Assembly (NCBI GenBank): GCA_041666185.1 | Contig: JBAYHL010000001.1 | Span: forward strand, 153,619-217,618 | Direction of reading: 5' to 3' | Length of the DNA stretch: 64,000 nt | Origin: Patescibacteria group bacterium | GTDB lineage: Bacteria > Patescibacteriota > UBA1384 > UBA12157 > JAENIV01 | Shown here: one piece after another, positions 58,140-64,000 of the stretch | Layout: each line of letters begins with the position of its first letter | Numbering within the stretch: the stretch's first letter is position 1 | Made by a program: the position numbers and the translations under genes | Notes under the pieces: generated by a model | The model's input: only the letters and a program-made list of their open reading frames with translations | Databases searched by the model: none | Told to the model about the DNA's origin: nothing

Positions 58140-58745
58140 ATGTGCTACTTTAAAAAATTAATCGCGCTTTTTTCGCATTTTTCAAAAAAGAAAAAAATAC
58201 CAATTGACAGTTTTGGTAAATCTAAAGCAAACTTATATTTAACTGTTGAAACTGTACCACCTAATAAATATAGTAATTATCTCCTAACAGGATTTATGGG
58301 GGAAAGATTGTCACCCAAAGAAGGCAAAAAAATTGCCGAAGAATTCATGATCCAACACCTTATCGGTGAAAAACATGTTACCGAAAAAGGATATTTATTG
58401 GATGGTTTTTTAAAAGACCTTCCAACAATTAAAGCGTATATCATTTTTGAACCTTCAACCATCCAACAACTTCTAAATCTCTGTGAGCAGTATCGCAATT
58501 ATAAATCAGAAAAAAATATCGAACTAGCCCATGTTGCCCCAGAATTAGGCTTACCCGATCAACCATACGGATTGCCAGAAGATTCTATCTTGTGGGATAA
58601 AAAAAGACAAGCTTTTTATTTACAATGGTGTAGAAAATTATTTCATCATCAACAAAAGCTTAAAAATCCCCATTTATCAACCAAGCTATTAAACCTAGAA
58701 CTATTTCGTCAACAATTAGACGATATGGGTACCTGGAGATTCTAA
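58140..58745 (+). CDS. Hypothetical protein with degenerate adenylate-kinase-like NMP-binding motif
   Basis: GYLLDGFLKD resembles the AK GFLLDGFPR motif. The P-loop is degenerate (PIDSFGKS). Preceded by a TTGACT-N17-TAATAT promoter. Confidence 0.4.
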   Translation: MCYFKKLIALFSHFSKKKKIPIDSFGKSKANLYLTVETVPPNKYSNYLLTGFMGERLSPKEGKKIAEEFMIQHLIGEKHVTEKGYLLDGFLKDLPTIKAYIIFEPSTIQQLLNLCEQYRNYKSEKNIELAHVAPELGLPDQPYGLPEDSILWDKKRQAFYLQWCRKLFHHQQKLKNPHLSTKLLNLELFRQQLDDMGTWRF

Positions 58746-58753
58746 GTCTATCA

Positions 58754-58777
58754 AGACCGAGCTAATCGGTCTTTTTA
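58754..58777. terminator. Bidirectional terminator between convergent genes
   Basis: AGACCGA-gctaa-TCGGTCT followed by TTTTT. Confidence 0.65.
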
Positions 58778-59635
58778 ATAATTTTTAATCGAGTACCCTT
58801 TGCCGTCCGAAGAAATTTCAATTGTGCCATTTTGATCAGTTCGATAAATTCTCACACCATACTGATTTAGGATATTAATCACACTAGAAGTTGGATGACC
58901 ATAGGTATTATCTTTTCCAACTGAAATAACAGCAACCGCAGGTTGCACAACTTTCAAGAAATCTTCTGTCAAGCCATTATTACTACCATGATGAGCTACT
59001 TTTAAAATGGTCGAAAAAATATTTTGATCTAATATTTTTTGCTGAATTTCTTTTTCAGCATCACCAGTAAAAAGAACTGAAAACTCTTTGTATTCCAATC
59101 GATTTACAATTGAAGCATTATTTAGATTGTCTAAATTTTTATTTTCAATAGGGGAGAGTGGATACAAAATTTTTATTTTTACGTCACCAAAACTTTTTTC
59201 ATCACCCACTTTAACAATTTTGTCTGAGATTTTTTTATCCAAAATTTCATTTTGCCACGTGCTATAAGAACCGGAAGGGTACTCTACTCCAGTCTCCCAA
59301 ACCTCATCTACTTTATATCTTTTCAAAACTTCTACCAAACCATTAATGTGATCGGCATGCGGATGAGTAAGGATCACTAAATTAATTTCACGATCACCAA
59401 AATCCATTACTTTTCCTAAACCATCTAAAACACTATTATTGGGACCGCCATCAATTAAAATGTCTTCGCCGGATGGTGTTTTAATATACCCTGCATCACC
59501 TTGACCAACATCCAAAAAATAAACTTTCAGATTTCCTGTGGCCTGTGAATTTGAAAATAGGCCAACACTTAAAACAATAATCGCAATTACTATTAATGAA
59601 AAGATAAACTGAAGACTACGTTTTTGCTGATTCAT
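58775..59635 (-). CDS. comEC: ComEC C-terminal metallo-beta-lactamase domain protein (separate gene)
   Basis: HPHADH motif, an N-terminal TM, and an ATG at 59635 preceded by an AAAGGAG Shine-Dalgarno sequence. The ORF-track start (TTG at 59674) is probably too long. Confidence 0.8.
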   Translation of the reverse strand: MNQQKRSLQFIFSLIVIAIIVLSVGLFSNSQATGNLKVYFLDVGQGDAGYIKTPSGEDILIDGGPNNSVLDGLGKVMDFGDREINLVILTHPHADHINGLVEVLKRYKVDEVWETGVEYPSGSYSTWQNEILDKKISDKIVKVGDEKSFGDVKIKILYPLSPIENKNLDNLNNASIVNRLEYKEFSVLFTGDAEKEIQQKILDQNIFSTILKVAHHGSNNGLTEDFLKVVQPAVAVISVGKDNTYGHPTSSVINILNQYGVRIYRTDQNGTIEISSDGKGYSIKNY

Positions 59636-61166
59636 CAAATCTCCTTTGTCGGTTTTTATAAAACCATAAACCAATTAACCCATAAAATAACGCCATCCAC
59701 CACCAACCATGTAATTTTAATTCAAGACTTGCCCAAGAAATTTTCGAAAAAGTCTCTACCACCACTATTATATATTTAAGAAAAAGCCAACCAGCATACC
59801 CAACAATTTGACCAAAATTCATCCAAATAAAACCACTTATACCAATTAAAAAAACAAAAAGCATCGCCGTTGGGATAAGCCATAAAATTAGAATATTAAC
59901 AATTGGGGAAATAAGACTCACGCGACCAAAATAATAAATTAAAATCGGTAAAACCATTATTTGAGCAGCTAAAGTTTCTGTTAAAATTAATTTCAAAGTA
60001 TCTGGCAACCACTTAATGATTTTTAAATTTCTTAATACTGGCGAAAGATAAACAAGACCGATAAAAGCCAGAAAACTAAGTTGAAAAGAAATATCAAATT
60101 TTAACATGTACGGATTTAAAAGAAGCATTAAAGATGCCACTAATAAAAGTAAAATGAATAAATTAACTCTCCTTCCCTCATATTGCCCCCAAACAATTAA
60201 AGAAGCAATTAAACCCGCTCTTACAACTGAAGCTGCCGCACCAGTCATAATAACAAACATTAGGATAAGACTAACCGAACCCCAAAATTTTAGTTTTCTC
60301 GAAATTATTCCTAAAATCAAACCTAGGTAAATAATCATAATTGTCACGTTAAAACCTGAGACAGCAATAACATGAGTTGTGCCAGTTCGATTAAAATCGG
60401 ACATCAAAGAGTCTGGTATATTTCTTTTAGAACCCAAAATCAAACCAGCAGCAAAAGAAGCGTATGGTTCTGACAAAGTTTTATTTAAAATTTCCTCAAA
60501 TCTATCACGAATCTGATAGATTGTCTTTTTAAAAATGTTGCCGGAATTATTTATTTTTACAATTTCTACTGGATTGTAAATTACACCCAAAATTCCTTGA
60601 TGAAATTGGTAATCATTAGGTTCTTTTAAAATCCCTTTAATTTTAAGATTGTCGCCGTATTGATACTCTGGATAACGATTAGCAACAACTTGAATTTTAG
60701 AATTTTGATAAATAACCGTATAACGTGAATTATTGCTTAAAAAATCCGGGTGACTGACAATTTGCCCCTCGAATAATATTTCCTGACTAAATGGAAGTGT
60801 AATTTCTCTTTGCCAATTATCCCAAATGCGAAAATAGCCGAAACCAAGCAAGAAACCCAAAAACGAAATTAAAACCAACCGCCAAAAAAAATTGGTCCAA
60901 AAAACTATAAGAACAATTAGTAAACCAACAAAAATGCCAGCTAACCACCAAATATCAATTTTTACCAAATCACTTAAAAATGCTCCTATAATAAATAGTA
61001 AAAGAAAACCAATTACAAACATTGAACGACTGACAGAATTAATTTTAAATTTGTTAAAGAGTTGATTAAACATTAATTTAATTATATAATATTTTCTGAT
61101 ATGACTAAAAAAATTAAAAAAGACGAGACAAATAACAAGATTCTTGAACTTGAAAAACAAATTCAA
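59616..61166 (-). CDS. comEC: ComEC/Rec2 DNA-uptake channel, membrane (competence) domain
   Basis: Polytopic competence domain with an OB/DUF4131-like N-terminal region. The true start is probably downstream (M32 or M49), because the 5' end overlaps grpE. Confidence 0.8.
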   Translation of the reverse strand: MNLFFKFKNLVICLVFFNFFSHIRKYYIIKLMFNQLFNKFKINSVSRSMFVIGFLLLFIIGAFLSDLVKIDIWWLAGIFVGLLIVLIVFWTNFFWRLVLISFLGFLLGFGYFRIWDNWQREITLPFSQEILFEGQIVSHPDFLSNNSRYTVIYQNSKIQVVANRYPEYQYGDNLKIKGILKEPNDYQFHQGILGVIYNPVEIVKINNSGNIFKKTIYQIRDRFEEILNKTLSEPYASFAAGLILGSKRNIPDSLMSDFNRTGTTHVIAVSGFNVTIMIIYLGLILGIISRKLKFWGSVSLILMFVIMTGAAASVVRAGLIASLIVWGQYEGRRVNLFILLLLVASLMLLLNPYMLKFDISFQLSFLAFIGLVYLSPVLRNLKIIKWLPDTLKLILTETLAAQIMVLPILIYYFGRVSLISPIVNILILWLIPTAMLFVFLIGISGFIWMNFGQIVGYAGWLFLKYIIVVVETFSKISWASLELKLHGWWWMALFYGLIGLWFYKNRQRRFDESAKT

Positions 61167-61577
61167 GAATTAAAAATTGGTTGGCAAAGAACCCAGGCCG
61201 ATTTTGATAATTACCAAAAAAGAATTGAGTCTGAAAAATTAGAGAACTTAGCTTATACTAAAGCCGAGTTCATGACTAAATTAACACCAGTTTTAGATAA
61301 TTTTTATCGCGCTTTTGCGCAAATTAAAAAAGATGATCAGATAAGTAACGGTTTTAGACAAATTCAAAAACAGCTCGAAGATATTTTGAAAGAAGAAGGT
61401 TTAGAAAAAATTCCCGCAAATTCTGGTGATAAATTTGACCCTAATTTTCACGAAGCCATTTCCTATGAGGAAAATAGTCAAGTAAAAGACACTATTATAG
61501 ATACCTACGAATCCGGCTGGCAATTCGAAAATAAAGTTCTCAAACCCGCTAAAGTACGAGTTTCAAAGGGAAAGTAA
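61101..61577 (+). CDS. grpE: Nucleotide exchange factor GrpE
   Basis: Coiled coil, then the GrpE core (DNFYRA...). Full-length match. Confidence 0.88.
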   Translation: MTKKIKKDETNNKILELEKQIQELKIGWQRTQADFDNYQKRIESEKLENLAYTKAEFMTKLTPVLDNFYRAFAQIKKDDQISNGFRQIQKQLEDILKEEGLEKIPANSGDKFDPNFHEAISYEENSQVKDTIIDTYESGWQFENKVLKPAKVRVSKGK

Positions 61578-61587
61578 AATTAATCTC

Positions 61588-61616
61588 TTGACAAAATGTA
61601 AAGCAAACTTTACAAT
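61588..61616 (+). promoter_or_regulatory. Sigma-70 promoter for dnaK with overlapping inverted-repeat operator
   Basis: TTGACA, a 17 nt spacer, then TACAAT. The palindrome TGTAAAG-caaa-CTTTACA at 61597-61614 overlaps the spacer and -10 element. Confidence 0.55.
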
Positions 61617-61654
61617 TATTTTAGAGTAAAAAATATTATAGAAAGGAAATAATT

Positions 61655-63559
61655 ATGTCAAAGATTATTGGCATCGACCTTGGAACTACTAATAGTGTTG
61701 TCGCCTGTATTGAGGGCGGCAAACCAAAAGTTATACCTACGGCTGAAGGAAGCAATTTATGTCCTTCAATTGTTGCTCAAAATAAAAATGATGAAAGATT
61801 GGTTGGACAATTTGCAAAAAGGCAAGCAACTACCAATCCTGAAAATACAATTTTTTCCGTAAAACGTCTTATTGGCCGACGTTTCGAAGAGGAAGAAATT
61901 CAAAAAGATCTCAAACTTATGCCTTACAAGATTGCTAAATCTGGCGATGGAGTAAAAGTTGTTATGGTGGACAAAGAATATTCCCCTCAAGAAATTTCTG
62001 CTTTTATTCTCCAAAAATTAAAAACTGATGCAGAAAGTTATTTAGGCGAAAAAGTCACTGAAGCTGTTATCACCGTACCGGCTTATTTTAATGATTCTCA
62101 AAGGCAAGCAACTAAAGACGCTGGTAAAATTGCCGGGTTAGAAGTTAAAAGAATTATCAATGAGCCAACTGCTTCGTCACTTGCCTACGGACTTGATAAG
62201 AAAAAAGAAGGTTACGTAGCTATTTATGACTTTGGTGGAGGAACTTTCGACATTACAATTTTAGAAATCGGTGAAGGTGTTTTTGAAGTTAAATCAACCG
62301 GTGGAGACACTCATTTGGGTGGAGACGACCTTGACCACTGTATAAGCGACTGGATTTTGAAAGAATTCGAAAAGCAAGAAGGTATTGATCTTAAAAATGA
62401 CCCGTTGGCTTTACAAAGAATTAAAGAAGCTGCTGAAAAAGCTAAATGCGAACTTTCTTCGTCAGCCGAAACAGAAATTAATTTACCATTTATCACAGCT
62501 TCAAGCGCTGGTCCAAAACATTTAGTTTTAAAAATTACTCGCGCAAAGCTAGAGGATCTAACCAGAGATTTAATCGAAAGAACTGTTCCTTTATGTGAAC
62601 AAGTAATTAGCGATGCTAAAGTGGATGTTAAAGATATTACTGAAGTAATTTTAGTTGGTGGACAAACTCGCATGCCTTTGATCTACGAAACTGTTAAAAA
62701 GATATTCAGCAAAGAACCATCAAAAGGCGTTAACCCGGATGAATGCGTCGCTCTAGGTGCCGCTATTCAAGCTGGTGTTTTAGGCGGCGAAGTAAAGGAT
62801 CTTTTACTTTTAGACGTCACACCTTTGACCTTGGGTCTTGAAACCTTGGGAAGTGTTATGACACCACTAATTGAAAGAAATACAACTGTGCCAACTTCTA
62901 AATCACAAGTATTTTCAACAGCTGCTGATAACCAAACCTCTGTAGAAATTCATATTTTGCAGGGCGAAAGACCAATGGCTGCCGATAACCGCACCCTAGG
63001 TCGTTTTATGCTTGACGGTATTCCCCCAGCCCCACGAGGCGTCCCTCAGGTAGAAGTTACCTTTGATATTGATGCTAATGGTATTTTAAATGTCAAAGCT
63101 CAAGACAAAGGCACCAATAAAGAACAAAAAATCACCATTACTTCATCTTCGGGACTTTCCAAAGAAGAAATTGCCAAAATGGAGCAAGAAGCTAAAGCGC
63201 ATGAGCAGGAAGATAAAAAGAAAAAAGATTTAATCGAAGCTAAAAATATCGCTGAAAGTCTAACCTATACTGCTGAAAAAGCCTTAAAAGATGCTGGCGA
63301 CAAAGTTCCAGAAGAATTAAAGAAAGAAATTGAAGAAAAAATTGCTAATCTAAAAGAAGCAGCAAAAACTGATGAATTAGAAAAAATTCAAAAAGCAACC
63401 GAGGATTTAAATCAAGTTATTCAAAAAATCGGCGAAGCAATGTACAAAAAGCCAACTGACGATTCGAAGCAGACAACTGATAGCGATAAAAAAACTGAAG
63501 GCGAAGAGCCGAAAGAAGAAGATAAAAAATCCGAAGAACAACCAGAAGAAAACAAATAA
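61655..63559 (+). CDS. dnaK: Molecular chaperone DnaK (Hsp70)
   Basis: [18 protein letters not shown], and an acidic C-terminus. Confidence 0.98.
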   Translation: MSKIIGIDLGTTNSVVACIEGGKPKVIPTAEGSNLCPSIVAQNKNDERLVGQFAKRQATTNPENTIFSVKRLIGRRFEEEEIQKDLKLMPYKIAKSGDGVKVVMVDKEYSPQEISAFILQKLKTDAESYLGEKVTEAVITVPAYFNDSQRQATKDAGKIAGLEVKRIINEPTASSLAYGLDKKKEGYVAIYDFGGGTFDITILEIGEGVFEVKSTGGDTHLGGDDLDHCISDWILKEFEKQEGIDLKNDPLALQRIKEAAEKAKCELSSSAETEINLPFITASSAGPKHLVLKITRAKLEDLTRDLIERTVPLCEQVISDAKVDVKDITEVILVGGQTRMPLIYETVKKIFSKEPSKGVNPDECVALGAAIQAGVLGGEVKDLLLLDVTPLTLGLETLGSVMTPLIERNTTVPTSKSQVFSTAADNQTSVEIHILQGERPMAADNRTLGRFMLDGIPPAPRGVPQVEVTFDIDANGILNVKAQDKGTNKEQKITITSSSGLSKEEIAKMEQEAKAHEQEDKKKKDLIEAKNIAESLTYTAEKALKDAGDKVPEELKKEIEEKIANLKEAAKTDELEKIQKATEDLNQVIQKIGEAMYKKPTDDSKQTTDSDKKTEGEEPKEEDKKSEEQPEENK

Positions 63560-63652
63560 GTTTACAGGTATCTAACGGAATGTCCAAACTCTAATGTCAG
63601 ATTTAGACATTGATTAATTGGACATTTTGTTAGATATTAAGACTTAGACATT

Positions 63653-64000
63653 ATGACTAAAGATTATTATAAAATTTTAGGTGTCTTAAAAAATGCTTCG
63701 CAAGACGAGATTAAGAAGTCTTATAGAAAATTAGCGCACCAGTATCATCCTGATAAAAATAAAGACCATGCCGATGGTGAACGCTTTAAGGAAATAAACG
63801 AAGCTTACCAAATACTTTCTGATCCCAAAAAAAGAACTCAATATGATCAGTTTGGAACAACCGATAATAGTGGTTTTGGCAGTGGTGCCAATTACCAAGA
63901 TTTTAGCGGCTTTTCCAGAGACGGTGGATTTGGTTTTAGTGGCGGTCTAGGTGATATTTTTGAAGATTTTTTCGGGGGGGTTTTCTCTCAAGTGCAAACA
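63653..64000 (+). CDS. dnaJ: Chaperone DnaJ (N-terminal J domain; partial, runs off the window)
   Basis: KDYYKILGV...HPD motif, followed by a G/F-rich region. Confidence 0.9.
   Translation, partial: MTKDYYKILGVLKNASQDEIKKSYRKLAHQYHPDKNKDHADGERFKEINEAYQILSDPKKRTQYDQFGTTDNSGFGSGANYQDFSGFSRDGGFGFSGGLGDIFEDFFGGVFSQVQT

Noticed and set aside
59616-59674. Frameshifted comEC pseudogene
   Set aside because: The MBL-domain ORF has an in-frame ATG at 59635 with a strong AAAGGAG Shine-Dalgarno sequence. It overlaps the upstream stop in the classic coupled-gene manner. A natural split is more parsimonious than a frameshift.
61000-61654. HrcA CIRCE or HspR HAIR elements upstream of grpE/dnaK
   Set aside because: No sequence approaching TTAGCACTC-N9-GAGTGCTAA or CTTGAGT-N7-ACTCAAG is present. 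The only palindrome there (TGTAAAG-N4-CTTTACA) is reported above as a distinct candidate operator.
1-64000. CRISPR arrays, integrases, transposases, prophage structural genes
   Set aside because: No regularly spaced direct repeats, and no ORFs with integrase, transposase, capsid or terminase motifs, were found on either strand.

Overview
This 64 kb window is a low-GC (~33%), gene-dense stretch, with almost all genes on the minus strand. Several traits together suggest a reduced, CPR/Patescibacteria-like genome: a class I lysyl-tRNA synthetase, a shortened AlaRS, weak or absent Shine-Dalgarno sequences at many starts, and many dispersed tRNAs. The backbone is housekeeping: PolX, Ddl, SecA, HPF, SerS, LysRS-I, GreA, the PBP2-mreDCB morphogenesis block, CsrA, MltG, RuvX, FtsA, AlaRS, S1, PurF, SecG, YifB/ComM, MiaA, a P-type ATPase, ComEA, RecG, RuvC, YebC, a split ComEC, and GrpE-DnaK-DnaJ. 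Eight tRNAs are present: four Leu isoacceptors plus Val, Phe, Cys and Gly. There is also a ~9 kb glycan-biosynthesis island (glgA-like GT5, an APH-fold kinase, galE, 2x GT2, 2x GT4, DUF218, galT) and an alkaline-phosphatase-family membrane enzyme coupled to a UgtP-like GT28 glycolipid synthase.

The most unusual element is a ~1.25 kb, GC-elevated, terminator-flanked insert between serS and lysK. It carries a tandemly duplicated two-gene cassette: a small 63/84 aa protein translationally coupled to a ~100 aa protein that begins MKPIY. I could not assign either protein to a known family.

Other noteworthy items:
- A GC-rich (~50%), unannotated 55 aa basic ORF is coupled to ddl.
- csrA has a textbook promoter but no fliW partner.
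- ftsA is followed by a 562 aa membrane protein rather than ftsZ.
- A near-identical 30 nt terminator element is repeated after purF and after a Cys-rich orphan gene.
- A candidate operator palindrome lies inside the dnaK promoter, and a GACATT repeat array lies between dnaK and dnaJ.

No CRISPR array, integrase or transposase was seen.
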